From: Eledone cirrhosa
Taxonomy: Eukaryota
Length of the DNA: 39,090 bases
Reading direction: 5' to 3'
Assembly (NCBI GenBank): GCA_964016885.1
Contig: CAXHJY010000173.1
Span: forward strand, 1 to 39,090
The translations under genes were made by a program, and so were the position numbers. The notes below the pieces were generated by a model. The model was not told the DNA's origin, made no database searches, and saw only the letters and a list, made by a program, of their open reading frames with translations. Numbering within the stretch: the first letter of the stretch is position 1; each line of letters starts with the position of its first letter. Positions 1 through 13,384 of this stretch are shown piece by piece.

Positions 1-589
1 TGTGTGTGTGTATATGTGTGTTTGTATATGTGTATGTGTGTATGTGTATGTGTGTATGTGTGTGTATGCGTCTATTATGTGAATGTGTGTATGTGTGTGT
101 ATGTGTGCGTGTGTGTATATATATATATACAACTCCACAAATCATATAGTGATGAAATGGTCTCACACACACATACACACACACACACACATACATACAC
201 ACATACACACACACACACGCACGCACACACACACACACACACACACACGGACATATTTTTAACCCTTGTATGACCTGCAATTTTGAGATATTAAATCTGA
301 CTTTAATAATAATAATAATGTGTAGATTGTTGAAGTTAAGTTTCGATAAAGGACATATTTATAATCGGAGCTGGACAGGCTTTTCAACATGGCTGCCACG
401 GACACCACGATCATCGCACAGAACAACAATATATTCTTACGTTGTAGGTGTGACAGAGAGAGATGGAGAGAATCAGAGGAGTAACAGTGAGAGGGGAGAG
501 AGAGAGACGAAGAAAGAGAGAAATAGAGAGGAGTGAAAGAGGTGGAGAAAGACAGGCGGAGAGAAAGAGAGAAATAGATAGAAGGAGTG

Positions 590-637
<48 letters not shown>

Positions 638-1071
638 GTATATGTAATGAAAAAGTGAATGAGAATAATAGCTAAGTTTGACCTCTTAACATTTGATGTG
701 GTCAGCCTTCATGTCAGTCCAGTTATGGCTAATCTTTTCCCATTTAATATAAAGTAGTCATCGCTTCCCTATTTTTCTAATGCCATGGATGAGATCACGT
801 TTTGTTCGCTTTCCTGTTTCGCTATTATAATAGCAGTTCCTTAGTTGTCGCCCTTTGTATTGTTAAACCGACGTAAGAGGGCAGCTGCCCGGTGTTAAGG
901 CCACATTTGATATTTCACAACACTAGCCTTGATCCAATTCTCTTGGAGTGATTATCACAAACCCCCCTTTTTTTTTTTTTTTTTCTCTTTCTGTCTATGG
1001 GATTTACGCAGTCACATACTATCATATGTACACACACATATATACACGTGCAGACGTATACACTCACACAT

Positions 1072-1106
<35 letters not shown>

Positions 1107-1107
1107 G

Positions 1108-1225
1108 TAATAATAATAATAAATTTGAAGACTAAAATCCAAAGAGGGCTCGATAAGTATAAATATATTTCAAATATATAAGAACCGTAGAGCAAATATG
1201 TATTAAACTTTAATCTGTTATTTTA

Positions 1226-1230
<5 letters not shown>
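1108..1230 (-). mobile_element. TA-flanked dispersed repeat, family F (internally deleted copy)
   Basis: The reverse complement matches blocks at 6146-6230 and 29741-29935 (ttggattttagtcttcaaat; tttgctctacggttcttatatatttg; aacagattaaagtttaa). Confidence 0.7.
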
Positions 1231-1293
<63 letters not shown>

Positions 1294-1504
1294 GTAATAA
1301 ACGAAAGATATATACTTTATATCATCTCTATTTATTTATATATATACATATCTTTCAAGCATATATATACATACATTCAGGCATGTATATAGATATATAC
1401 TGCACTATATATAGATACAAGTGCAGATTTTAACACCTCTCCCTTAATATATATATACATTAATAGAAGTACCAAGTTATACTTAAAACATATCTTTAAA
1501 GTCT

Positions 1505-1725
1505 ACATATGTTTCGTACGTATCATGGTGGACCATACCATGATACATACGAGGTATCTGTCCATCACTCTACATATGTATCAAGTGTAGAGTGGTGGAC
1601 CATACCATGATACATACGAGGTGTCTGTCCATCACTCTACATATGTTTTAATGTAGTGTGGTGGACCATACCATGATACATACGAGGTGTCTGTCCATCA
1701 CTCTACATATGTATCAAGTGTATTA
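1505..1725. repeat. Minisatellite, ~66-67 bp unit x ~3.3, each unit folds into a hairpin
   Basis: ggtggaccataccatgatacatacgagg recurs at 1527, 1594 and 1660. Within units, gtccatcactctaca pairs with tgtagagtggtggac. Confidence 0.85.
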
Positions 1726-2057
1726 CATACAAGAGGTACCATAGATTAGGTTACTACCATACCAATCAATGCATTGCAAATTATAAACACAATCAAAAGG
1801 AAATACACACACACAAAGAGTATATAGATGTGTAGAATTGTGTGTGTTTACTACAATAGTTCTGTTGTGGGATGTGTACACTTGTTTTGGGGGATTATTA
1901 TAGTGTTTTTGCTGTTGTGCATATATATATATGTGTTAAGTAACAGCACCTGTCTTAGTGGTTAATATGACTGTTTCTGGGTATAAACATACACTTGTTC
2001 TATAGGATATGAGAGAGAAAATGGTAAATACATCTCTCAGCTCTCTCCATCTGTATA

Positions 2058-2167
<110 letters not shown>

Positions 2168-2854
2168 TATGTATATATATATACACATATATATGAATGT
2201 GTGGTGTGTGTGTACGCATGTATGTGGAAGAGAACTAAAGAGAGATTGACATATATACATACATACTAGCCCGCACTCCCATATATATATATATATATAT
2301 ATATATACATGTGTAATGTAAAGAGGTAGATAAATGTGATGACGTGATGCTGAAACAACAGACCGAGGAAATTATCTGAGCTAGCTGTGTGAATGATCAC
2401 TGTCAATGTGTACAATGGTTACCGGAAGTGAGGAAGCTCATGTCACATGACCTCGCAGGGATAATGTCAGGTCCGAGTTCGTCCACTGGATATGACAAGA
2501 ATTTTGCTAAAGAGTTCTGGTCACTCGGCCATCCTTCCCGTCCATCCATCTTCGTCCGAATTCAGTGTTGTGGTTTTCTGCTTTTTCATATACATTCACA
2601 TCCACTGCTGTAATAACTACTAACCCCATCATCACCACCGTAAAAGACCCCTATGTCACCACCTACTGCCCCTCACCCACATCAATAAAGAACAAAAAAC
2701 ATTGTCAATTAGGGCAAGCCAACATGAGGGTATCTGCATAGTCGATTGACCTGTTAGAAATAGCAGGACAATCTGTGTTTTGTGTGTGTCTGTGAGTACG
2801 TTATACAGATTACTGGACTTTGGTACCGAGTAGAAATGTTCCAATAGTACACAG

Positions 2855-3125
2855 AAAGAACTAGCGTGGTCGTGAAATTAACATGTAAGTGACTGAGCAT
2901 TCCTGTCACATGTGAACCTTTAACGTTACAAGTGTGGAGGTCCTGAGTGCCACTGTGTGTAACAAGGTTGACCCTTCGATGTATAGAGGCAAGTTATTCT
3001 TACCAACTGTGTAATATAGAACAACGTGAAATACAGTGTCTCAATGATAGACACACACGAATCGCAGGGAATCGACCTCACCACCTTACTATAAGTTGAA
3101 TAGCCGAAATTCTAAGCCACTCACT
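2855..3125 (-). mobile_element. Degenerate tRNA-derived SINE-like repeat (family 2)
   Basis: Shares gaaattaac..aagtgac.gag, acaaggttg.c.cttt and gtgaaata.agtgtct blocks with 11230-11420 and 19000-19280. ggaatcgacctc is a reverse-strand B-box-like gaggtcgattcc. Confidence 0.5.
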
Positions 3126-3179
3126 TTCCCTACTGAGTACAAGAATAGATTTTAGCCAATAATGTATATAATATTTTTT

Positions 3180-3395
3180 TGAATATTACAATACAACGGG
3201 AGGAAACATAACAGTACCACTAATGATGTCACAGGTGTGTCATGAAAGAACTTGGATAGACTATATATATATATTTTTTTTTTTAACCTTTGGCCCGTCA
3301 CTGATGAACATAGATTAACTATAGAGATATAAAATATACAGAAGCGAAAACCGATCCAAACCAAACAGTGAGTCCCCAAATATAACAATATATAT
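3180..3395 (+). mobile_element. Family B TA-associated element with degenerate hammerhead (3216-3256)
   Basis: Aligns by eye with 26040-26390 (caatacaac.ggaggaaa.ataa; cagaagcgaaaacc; ccaaacagtgagt; cccaa.tataacaatata). The core reads CTAATGA-t-GTCACA-ggtg-TGTCAT-GAAA-gaactt, with G5 mutated. Confidence 0.65.
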
Positions 3396-4275
3396 AATAG
3401 ATAAATGTAAACCTTATAGGCAGAATTTGTCTTGGGTGGGAAATGTAAGACCAGCCGGACTAGTTTCAATCCAGTATCAGGATTTCATTATCGACCGAGT
3501 ACCCTACTAGACTTCCGGAGGGGGGGGGGGGAGACACTAGTTACAAGCCCACGATGAGATATACTGTGTACAGTATAAAAGCATGATTATCGCGTGGGTC
3601 GGAAAACTTTGTCATAATCCGACAACTTAGTAAAAGCTCCATAGGAAAAAATATACATTCTTTCAATCTTCTTGTCAAAGACATTAATCTAAGAGTACTC
3701 GTACACTTTCTAGTAAACATGACCCTTCTCCAATAAATAAGTGAATGGATAGAAAAAAAATAAATCTAGCCCACCAACATTGCACTTAAAAACTTGTAAA
3801 AATCTTTTTATTATTCACCAAGAGATTCATAATTCTAGCGGATTTTGATATAGTATATATGTATGTGTGTGTATGTATATATATATATATATATATATGT
3901 CGTTTCTGGCTTCCGTTCCACTCTCCAGTTTCCTGTCTTATTACGTCAGTTCTGATCTGATCGTGACGTTAGAGGTGACTGATAAGGCCTTCCTTGTCTT
4001 TATTCAAATCTTACAACATTTCATCGTTAGCAACGCCCCCTCAGATCGCACACAACCTCACACACACAACCACACAACCACACAACCACACACACACAAC
4101 CACACACACACAACCACACACACACAACCACACAACCACACACACACAACCACAAACGCAAAAACCCCACTAGAAGTCAACAATAACAATAAGAAAGAAA
4201 GATACTGTTAATAAATACTTTCAACACCAACATACACTATATATACATATATATACATGTATGTATATATATATA

Positions 4276-4317
<42 letters not shown>

Positions 4318-4343
4318 TACATGTATGTAAATATATATATATA

Positions 4344-4556
<213 letters not shown>

Positions 4557-4672
4557 TATATATATATATATATATATATACATTCACTTTTTGTCAGTCT
4601 TTCTCTCTCTCACACACTGTCTCTCACCTATCTCTCTCTCTCTCACACTGTCTCTCACCCCTCTCTTTCTCC

Positions 4673-4715
<43 letters not shown>

Positions 4716-4860
4716 TCTCTCTCTCTTCGTCTCTCACTTATTTGTCCGTCAACACATTGAAGTTTTTTTAAAAAAGACAAAAAACAGTTCCGGATATTTT
4801 CTAACTTCATATATTTAATATTCAGATTGAAATATTACTTTTTCGACCCTCACATATATA

Positions 4861-4925
4861 CAGGATGTCCCCCAAAAATGTATACACACTTTGATTAGAA
4901 TGCTGTTGAAGTGTCTATATTTTTT
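4861..4925. mobile_element. Partial copy of the same Tc1/mariner-type MITE
   Basis: TA followed by caggatgtcccccaaaaatgtatacacactttgatta...attagaatgct.ttgaag, matching 21691-21788. Confidence 0.6.
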
Positions 4926-4939
4926 ATATACAAATATAT

Positions 4940-5632
4940 ATACAAATGTTAATACAGTTATATACAGTTATATATACAGTTAATACAGTTATATACAAAT
5001 GTTAATACAGTTATATACAGTTATATATACAAATGTTAATACAGTTATATACAGTTATATATACAGTTAATACAGTTATATACAAATGTTAAAACAGTTA
5101 TATACAGTTATATATACAGTTCATACAGTTATATACAAATGTTAAAACAGTTATATACAGTTATATATACAGTTCATACAGTTATATACAAATGTTAATA
5201 CAGTTATATACAGTTATATATACAGATGTTAAAACAGTTATATACAGTTATATATACAGTTAATACAGTTATATACAGTTATATATACAGTTAATACAGT
5301 TATATACAAATGTTAAAACAGTTATATACAGTTATATATACAGATGTTAAAACAGTTATATACAGTTATATATACAGTTCATACAGTTATATACAAATGT
5401 TAATACAGTTATATACAGTTATATATACAGATGTTAAAACAGTTATATACAGTTATATATACAGTTCATACAGTTATATACAAATGTTAATACAGTTATA
5501 TACAGTTATATATACTGATGTTAAAACAGTTATATACAGTTATATATACAGTTAATACAGTTATATACAAATGTTAAAACAGTTATCTACAGTTATATAT
5601 ACAGTTATATATACAAACGTTAATACAGTTAA
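4940..5632. repeat. Minisatellite built from TACAGTTA(TA)n / TACAAATGTTAA variants
   Basis: About 700 bp of tandem 9-13 bp units with irregular higher-order periodicity. The ORF 5310-5555 is a repeat translation. Confidence 0.9.
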
Positions 5633-5719
5633 TCAAAGTATGTCAAACTTACATTGTAGCTGCTTTCTAAACCTATATTGACTCGATTTCATAACTAGCT
5701 AACTCTCTCTCGCTCTATA

Positions 5720-5930
<211 letters not shown>

Positions 5931-6145
5931 TCAGCGAGAATCGCATTTTGGCTGGTAGAAAAAGCGAAACGAAACGCAAAATGGTAGAAATGCAGGCAAG
6001 CGCTCCAATAGTTAAGAAAAACTAGAGCTAAACAATATGTTAAAACGCCATACAGACTGAAAAGTGGTTAAGAAGGCATTAAACCACCGAAGCCAAAAAA
6101 CAAATCAAGCTAAACAGGTCAAACAATATATATATATATATATTC

Positions 6146-6218
6146 ATTAAATTAACAGATTAAAGTTTAAGCAAAGAATCGTTGGATTTTAGTCTTCAAA
6201 TTTATTATTATTACTATT

Positions 6219-6230
<12 letters not shown>
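6146..6230 (+). mobile_element. Family F element, collapsed copy
   Basis: aacagattaaagtttaagcaaagaatcg is joined directly to ttggattttagtcttcaaat. The two blocks are separated in the 29741-29935 copy. Confidence 0.7.
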
Positions 6231-6284
<54 letters not shown>

Positions 6285-6307
6285 TGGATATATATATATA
6301 TGAATTG

Positions 6308-6348
<41 letters not shown>

Positions 6349-6425
6349 TGGATATATATATATATATGAATTGTAATATATATATATATATATATATATG
6401 AATGGATATATATATATATGAATTG

Positions 6426-6494
<69 letters not shown>

Positions 6495-6584
6495 TGGATG
6501 CATGTAGGTTTTATGTGTGACTGTGAGAATGCCTGCCACACAAACTTACATATCTATATATGTGTGTGTATGTGTGTAACTGTT

Positions 6585-6669
6585 TGAAGAAGAAGAAGAA
6601 GAAGAAGAAGAAGAAGAAGAAGAAGAAGAAGAAGAAGAAGAAGAACAACAACAACAACAACAACAACAA

Positions 6670-6726
<57 letters not shown>

Positions 6727-6747
6727 CTCCAACAACAACAACAACAA
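6585..6747. repeat. (GAA)n-(CAA)n microsatellite
   Basis: Read directly from the sequence. Confidence 0.95.
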
Positions 6748-6904
6748 GAATTGCAGAAGTAATCAATCATTGACAGTCACAGCAAATGTAGGTTTTGACT
6801 CAGCAAAATAATTCAATATGTCAGACGCAACCAATCTATAGAATTCAAAGAGAAGGAATTATTTGGAAATTTTTCCATCAAATCCCATCACTTCCCACCC
6901 ACAG

Positions 6905-7325
6905 CCCCTAACCACCACCGCCGCCGCCTCTACCAGCCACCACTACAGCACACCACCACCGCCGCCGACGCCGACACCAGCCACCACTACAGCACACGCC
7001 ACCGCCGCCTCTACCAGCCACCACTACAGCCTACGACCACCGCCGCCGCCGACACCAGCCACCACTACAGCACACCACCACCACCGCCGCCGCCGACACC
7101 AGCCACCACTACAGCACACCACCACCGCCGCCGCCTCTACCAGCCACCACTACAGCACACCACCACCGCCGCCGACACCAGCCACCACTACAGCACACCA
7201 TCACCACCGACGACACCAGCCACCACTACAGCACGCCGCCACCGCCTCTACCAGCCACCACTACAGCACACCACCACCGCCGCCGCCTCTACCAGCCACC
7301 ACTACAGCACACGACCACCGTCACA
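6905..7325. repeat. GC-rich minisatellite (~33-42 bp units, ccagccaccactacagcaca...ccgccg)
   Basis: ccagccaccactacagc recurs about 11 times with variable (CCA)/(CCG) spacers. Confidence 0.9.
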
Positions 7326-7621
7326 ACCGCCATTACTGTCTTCCGCCGCCGGTCACAGCTATTACAAGTGCTGTCCGCCACCAACTATTACTATTGCTCG
7401 GTGCCACCAGCCACCAGCTGCCGTCACCAGTTCTCAACTTCCGTCGCCACAAGCACCAGCCAACATTGCTACAACCTGCCGTCTCCGCCCCCACCACAGA
7501 CCACGACTACCGTCCGCCGCCAATCTTTTAATGTCATTGTGTTAAAGAAATACGGTTATCTCTGATTTCGGTTCAGAGTCTCTTAGAATTAGCAGATGTC
7601 ACTCGGACGTATTACTTACTA

Positions 7622-7776
7622 CGCCATGCTTTCCAGCATAGTTACGTCCCTTTACAGTCTGAGTTCAAATCCCGCCGAGGTTGACTTTGCCTTTCATCCT
7701 TACGGGGTCAATAAAATAAAGTACCAGTAATACGCTGGGATAATTGCTGACCTTGTGCCAAAAGTAGGAACAATTA
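7622..7776 (+). mobile_element. tRNA-derived SINE, family 1 (Meta-domain-like core)
   Basis: B-box-like gagttcaaatccc followed by gcctttcatccttacggggtc.ataaaataaagtaccagt. About seven copies occur in the window. The resemblance to the MetaSINE central domain is from memory and was not checked. Confidence 0.8.
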
Positions 7777-7915
7777 CTTACTAGTTGGAAATGAAAAGTT
7801 CTTCCATAGCACACACATACGTGTATATCAAGACTTACTACATAGCCATAATAAATGAATATTTAAAATCTACTTAGGTATTGAGTACTCTTTTCTCTCG
7901 TCCGTCAACTACATA

Positions 7916-7981
<66 letters not shown>

Positions 7982-7984
<3 letters not shown>

Positions 7985-8348
7985 CCAGATCCCTTCTTCT
8001 TCCCCCCGTTAGACCTGTGCGAAATTCCTTCCTTGCTCACATTTCAACCAGGTTTGATGGTCTTTATTCTCTCGTTCACGATTTTATCGAGTTTATATTC
8101 ATAGAAATCTGGGACTTGTCTCTTTCTTCTCACTTTCTGTTGCTTAAACCATTTTGTTTGTTCACCCTAACGTTCTCTTTATTTACGTGTCCCAACGACT
8201 TTTTTTAGCCGTTGTTCGCACCAACCTGAGGTATATGGCCCTTAAAGCGATGAAATGCCTAGGACGGTTGGAGGTTCACTGATGAAGGACTCACTTTTTC
8301 ATATGTAGCCCATTTGCAACGCCGCAGCTCCATTATTATCATATTTAC
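7982..8348 (+). mobile_element. Family D TA-flanked dispersed repeat
   Basis: 8139-8348 is near-identical to 25372-25582. Both copies are bounded by (TA)n. Confidence 0.75.
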
Positions 8349-8349
8349 A

Positions 8350-8414
<65 letters not shown>

Positions 8415-8418
<4 letters not shown>

Positions 8419-8580
8419 ATATTAATAAATGGAAACTATATTTATAAAACCATATTTATTTTATTTTACATATTTCAAGGGCAACCAAGGCAAATTATGG
8501 TGCGCTTTCATCAGATAAAATACAGATTTGTTTTATAAATAAATATTGACATACCCGGAAAAAAGACAACCTTAACGGTT
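8415..8580 (-). mobile_element. Family A element arm with degenerate hammerhead (8457-8522)
   Basis: Matches 13145-13300 and the reverse complement of 14165-14300. The minus strand reads tattttat-CTGATGA-aagcgcacca...tggttgccctt-GAAA-tatgtaaa-ataaaata. The U of the cleavage-site UH appears mutated. Confidence 0.75.
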
Positions 8581-8628
8581 GGAGCTTCAAGCCGGCCGTC
8601 CCCTCAATCTATCTTATTTCTCATTCTT

Positions 8629-8664
8629 TCTTCTGATGAAGGACTAGCGTCCGAAACGTTAAGA
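8629..8664 (+). ncRNA. Minimal type I hammerhead ribozyme motif
   Basis: tctt-CTGATGA-a-GGAC-tagc-GTCC-GAAAC-GTT-aaga. Stem I is tctt/aaga, stem II is GGAC/GTCC, stem III is palindromic (AACGTT), and the cleavage triplet is GUU. Confidence 0.8.
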
Positions 8665-8765
8665 CCCTCTCCTTGCTATATCAAGCGTTAACCTAATATA
8701 TCCCTTCAATATACTGTACCGATTGTGTTGTTATTTCTGTTTACCTTTTACACACAAACATACAT

Positions 8766-8796
<31 letters not shown>

Positions 8797-8812
8797 CATG
8801 TGTGTGTGTGTG

Positions 8813-9020
8813 TGGCACGCACAATGCCAACAATTTTGGGGGAGAGAGAAAGTCGATTAAATCGACCCCAGTGCGTGACTGGTACTTTATTTTATCCAGC
8901 TGGTAAAAATGAAAGGCAAAGTTAACCTCGGCTGGATTTGAACTCAGAACGTAAAGGGCCTTATCTCTATGCCACGAATCAGAGTGTCCGATGCTCTACC
9001 AATACTGCCAATCCACTACC
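8813..9020 (-). mobile_element. tRNA-derived SINE, family 1
   Basis: Reverse complement of the family 1 core (ctggtactttatttt...atgaaaggcaaagttaacctcg...gatttgaactcag). Confidence 0.8.
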
Positions 9021-9158
9021 CAATTTAGACAGAAATAATGATACTCTGATATGTGAGATGTAAGTTATTCCTGAAATATAACCCTTGTTTATTATCCTAT
9101 GATATATCACGTGATTGGCTTGTTTTTGCGTGTGAGTATGTGTGATATATCCATGAGG

Positions 9159-9211
<53 letters not shown>

Positions 9212-9494
9212 TCTATCATGATATTCCCTAAGTTACATATGTAAATTATAAGACTTCAACTAACAATAAAGACGTTAAGATATCACATGCTACATCTTTC
9301 TCCTCCCCCTTCTCCCCCACCCCTCTCTCTCTTTCTGTCTTTCTTTCGTTCTTTCTTCAAGAAGGGAATATTTTGATTTTTTTTCTTTTCTTTTCCTCAA
9401 TGTAAAATTTTATTCTGAAACTTATGTAAATTATAACCCTGACGTATATCTTCAATGTAAATTATATTTTAATATATGCAAATTACATTATATT

Positions 9495-9496
9495 GT

Positions 9497-9571
<75 letters not shown>

Positions 9572-9621
9572 GGTGGTGGTGGTGGTGGTAGTGGTAGCAG
9601 CAGCAGCAGCTACAGTAGTAC

Positions 9622-9663
<42 letters not shown>

Positions 9664-9712
9664 AAGTGGTGGTAGTAGTAGTAGTAGTAGGAGGAGGAGG
9701 AGGAGGAGGAGT
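9495..9712. repeat. (AGC)/(AGT)/(GGT)/(AGG) trinucleotide array
   Basis: Read directly from the sequence. Confidence 0.9.
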
Positions 9713-10123
9713 CTTTGAACATTTTCTTTTGTTAATTTCCCACCAGTTCCCTTTCTTACTCATAATACCAAAACATGTTTCAAAAGAAGGCCAATATAAT
9801 TTTAAAAAACGAGAGCTAGAGCAAAAGGTTATGTTACAATATATACAAAAGCATTAACTATGATACAAATAAAAACAGAATAATTAAATGGACATATTAC
9901 ATATGTATATATACATAAAATATATACAGTATATCTATATACTACTAAAACTCTGTGATTGTGTGCTTGTCTGTAATTTCATACATCCAATACAGCGCAT
10001 AATGGGAAAATACTTTGAAAGGATGTTGCCCCTGAAATGGGAATACAAATGGAATAAAACAATTGTCGCGTAAATCGGAGCACGGGTTCCCGAGATACGG
10101 GATTTTTCCAGGTATCTTCATAA

Positions 10124-10188
<65 letters not shown>

Positions 10189-10341
10189 TAGAGGCTGTGA
10201 GAGAGTAGATTGAAAGAGAATCATAGATAGAGAGAGAGAGCTGTAAAAATTATTTTTAAGTGAACATGACTTTCAAAAAAATATTTTGAAGTGAACGAGA
10301 CCAGTTGGGTCACGGGTGGCCTAGTATATATATAATATACA

Positions 10342-10640
10342 GTTAATGTGATGTGGTAAATAAATATATAAATATATACCAGCAGACCTATCAACTCTTC
10401 CCGTCCGACAGGGAGATCTCTCACCCACTTTGGTGTGGGTGCGAGATGTCTTCTCTTGTGAAAATGGGTATAGCTTTCATTATGTAAAATCTCTTCATTT
10501 TGCGTCATTTCTCCCCGTTTTGGGGCACATTTTTTCATGGTACTTTTTTGGGCTTTTAGAAGTTGGCAGATCCGTACCAAGTCCGAACACAATAGAACCA
10601 CTGTCTCTCCGGCTCTCTCCATCTCTCACTATAGTGAGCA
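10342..10640 (+). mobile_element. Dispersed repeat; an internally deleted copy lies at 19348-19460
   Basis: ttaatgtg.tgtggtaaataaatata..atatacca and gtccgaacacaa..gaacca blocks are shared with 19348-19460. Confidence 0.55.
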
Positions 10641-10830
10641 AATGGGGGTCTAAGGGCTGCTTTTCAGACAAACCATATATTGTACATAACAGACAAATAT
10701 TTGTACTTGTAGTGTTACTGTATTTTTTGTGTTTGACAAATAGTGTACCAGTTGATTCGAAAATCAGAACAAACTGCTCGTGAAGTAAGCTCGGATGTGG
10801 ATACATTCCACAGAGGGATGTATATTTAAC

Positions 10831-11233
10831 GTACTCTCGGGTCTCGAATAATCTTCCCCTATCCCACACTGATTAATTTTTCAGATTTTTTCCACCTCCT
10901 GCCGCTCTCATCCCACCCCGCCACCCGCTTATTAAATTTTGTTTATCCATCTCCGGCGAAATTATATTTTTAATGGTAGCATTCCCGCGACAATTAATTT
11001 TCTTTATATATTAAAAAATATTATACTTGACAAAAAAAAAAGAACATTACTTGAAATCACATACGTTATAAAATATATAGGATGCTTTGGGGTCTCAATA
11101 TGTAAACTAAACGACTAATTCTGGGGTTTTTTTAAAAAATCAACGGAGACAACCTAGAAAAATAACCGATTTTCCAACCGCACCGCTTATTCAACCCCCA
11201 CCACTCCTATTACATGGGAGTCGAGAGCAGTAC
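10831..11233. mobile_element. Possible MITE with degenerate TIRs
   Basis: Ends are gtactctcgggtctcgaata and tattacatgggagtcgagagcagtac. The internal motif ccgcttatt is repeated. Confidence 0.35.
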
Positions 11234-11420
11234 TCAGGGAGATTCAGCATCACGCAGGGTGTGACAAGGTTGGCACTTTGAATTACAGTTACAACTCATT
11301 TTTGTCAGCGAAATGAAGCAATGTGAAATATATTGTCTTGTATAATGACACAACCCTCCTCCTGGAAAGGAACTCCTGACATTGCTTTCGTGAGCTGATC
11401 CCCATAACCACTAACCAACA
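11230..11420 (-). mobile_element. Degenerate SINE-like repeat (family 2)
   Basis: Shared blocks gtgacaaggttggcactttgaattacag and gcaatgtgaaata..tgtcttg with 2855-3125 and 19000-19280. Confidence 0.5.
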
Positions 11421-11611
11421 CGACTTTCTATTACCGAAATTATGTATATATGTATGGTTCCGTAATTCCTGATAGAGTCGTAGGGGCGATGTATTGACTA
11501 CGGCATTTCTTAGGCATTTTAAAGCCTGGCGGAGCCCGTCCCTCTCCAGGCCTGACTACAGCAGATTTCTTCCAGAGAAAGCTAGAAAATGAGAGAGAGG
11601 AAAATGAGAAG

Positions 11612-11740
11612 AATTGACCCCTATACAAAACCAATACATTTTTTATCGACCTCGAAAGGATGAAAGGCAAATTGATCTCGGCGGGACGAATATCAGAAAG
11701 CTTTCTATTCGACGTTCTAACCACTTTGCCAATTCTACGC
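11612..11740 (-). mobile_element. tRNA-derived SINE, family 1 (degenerate)
   Basis: ttttatcgacctcgaaaggatgaaaggcaaa.ttga.ctcggcggga is the reverse complement of the core. Confidence 0.7.
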
Positions 11741-11937
11741 CATTCCGTAATATACCTACCGCATATAAATCACTTATTTACAGACTGTATTGTAATAAAT
11801 CTAATAGAACTGTGCTTAGTTACATAAGTTAACATATAAAATATTAGACCAATTACACTTAACAGAAAGGTTAATTATAGTTTAAGAAAATACATATGTC
11901 ATATACATACACACACACATACACACACACATATGTG

Positions 11938-11969
<32 letters not shown>

Positions 11970-12314
11970 TATGTGTATTTATATATATATATATATATGT
12001 ATATATATTATATATATATGTATATATATATATGTTTGTGTGTTCGCTTCCTCTGTTGTATAGCATCTTGTGCAATTAATCATTATAACATTTTTCAAAC
12101 AAAATGCTCTACTGTACACATCAGCTCTTGATTAACGGAAAGTCTCTGCAACTGTGTGTATATAATTATTTGTTTTTTACGCACATGCGTAAACACATAT
12201 CACATATAACTATATAGACACTCAGACACATATATATATATACATATATATATATATACACACATATATAACACTTGATTTTGTTTCATGCTTACATATA
12301 TATCCATACACACT

Positions 12315-12444
<130 letters not shown>

Positions 12445-12591
12445 GGAGTGTGTATGGATATATATGTAAGCATGAAAAGAAATCAAGTGTTAACTTAACC
12501 ATGATATTATTATTATCACTCTACTCCTACTCATGTACTGAGTTCTCGTTCTCTCACTTGCGAAGTCCAACACACGCACGTATATATATGT

Positions 12592-12702
<111 letters not shown>

Positions 12703-12733
12703 GAAATTAAAAGATGGTTAAAAAAGTTCCATG

Positions 12734-12804
12734 TATTTAATTATGCACATTTCAAAAACAAATATCATCCTGGGACAATATTTGCGTTCTCATCAGATAA
12801 AATA
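12734..12804 (-). ncRNA. Type I hammerhead ribozyme motif (family A-like)
   Basis: Minus strand: tattttat-CTGATGA-gaacgcaaatattgtcc-ca-ggatgatatttgttttt-GAAA-tgtgca-TA-attaaata. Stem II is long, and stem I pairs 7 of 8 bp. Confidence 0.7.
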
Positions 12805-12987
12805 GGGAGACATGATATGATGCTTAAAAAAAAACACTTGTGAACAAGGTAGTGTCTAATCAACATACTCCAGTCCAATAAACTGTTGGGTGCTACTTAT
12901 CCGATATTTTCATTGCTTTATTGTTCTACAATAAAACTCACCTCCTACATTATATATATAAAGATGTATATATAAATGTATATATAA

Positions 12988-13052
<65 letters not shown>

Positions 13053-13187
13053 CAAAGGGATATTTAATTTGTTGGTAATTCAACAATTATATATGTATTT
13101 ATAACAGATTCGAAGCACTCGACAAGTTTTCTGGAGTATAATATCAATGATATTAATAAATGGAAACTACATTTATAAAACCATATT

Positions 13188-13248
13188 TATTCTATTATAT
13201 ATATTTCAAGGGTACCAAAACTTTGGTACGCCCTCATCAGATAAAATA
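13188..13248 (-). ncRNA. Type I hammerhead ribozyme motif (left arm of palindrome)
   Basis: Exact inverted copy of the motif at 13385-13445. Confidence 0.8.
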
Positions 13249-13384
13249 CAATGTTTGGTTTATAAATATTGACATATCCAGGAATGAGACCTTAACGGTT
13301 CAAGTTTTTCCTGGTTAGTCAGGTAAACCTTGAACTGTTCAGGTCTCATTCCTGGATATGTCAATATTTATAAACCAAACATTG

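Noticed and set aside
1505-1725. CRISPR-like repeat/spacer array
   Set aside because: The units are near-identical along their whole length (no unique spacers), the context is eukaryotic, and there are no cas genes.
3301-3360. CTGATGA at 3301 as a hammerhead
   Set aside because: There is no GAAA immediately after a closing stem II, and the homologous position in the 26.2-kb copy lacks the box.
6863-7531. 222-aa Pro/Thr/His-rich, extensin- or mucin-like ORF
   Set aside because: It derives from a minisatellite whose units shift frame, has a non-ATG start, and shows no supporting exon context.
10070-10326. Helitron/Helentron-like end (cacgggtggcCTAGT) after (GA)n
   Set aside because: Only a short suggestive terminus is visible, with no clear hairpin or second copy in the window.
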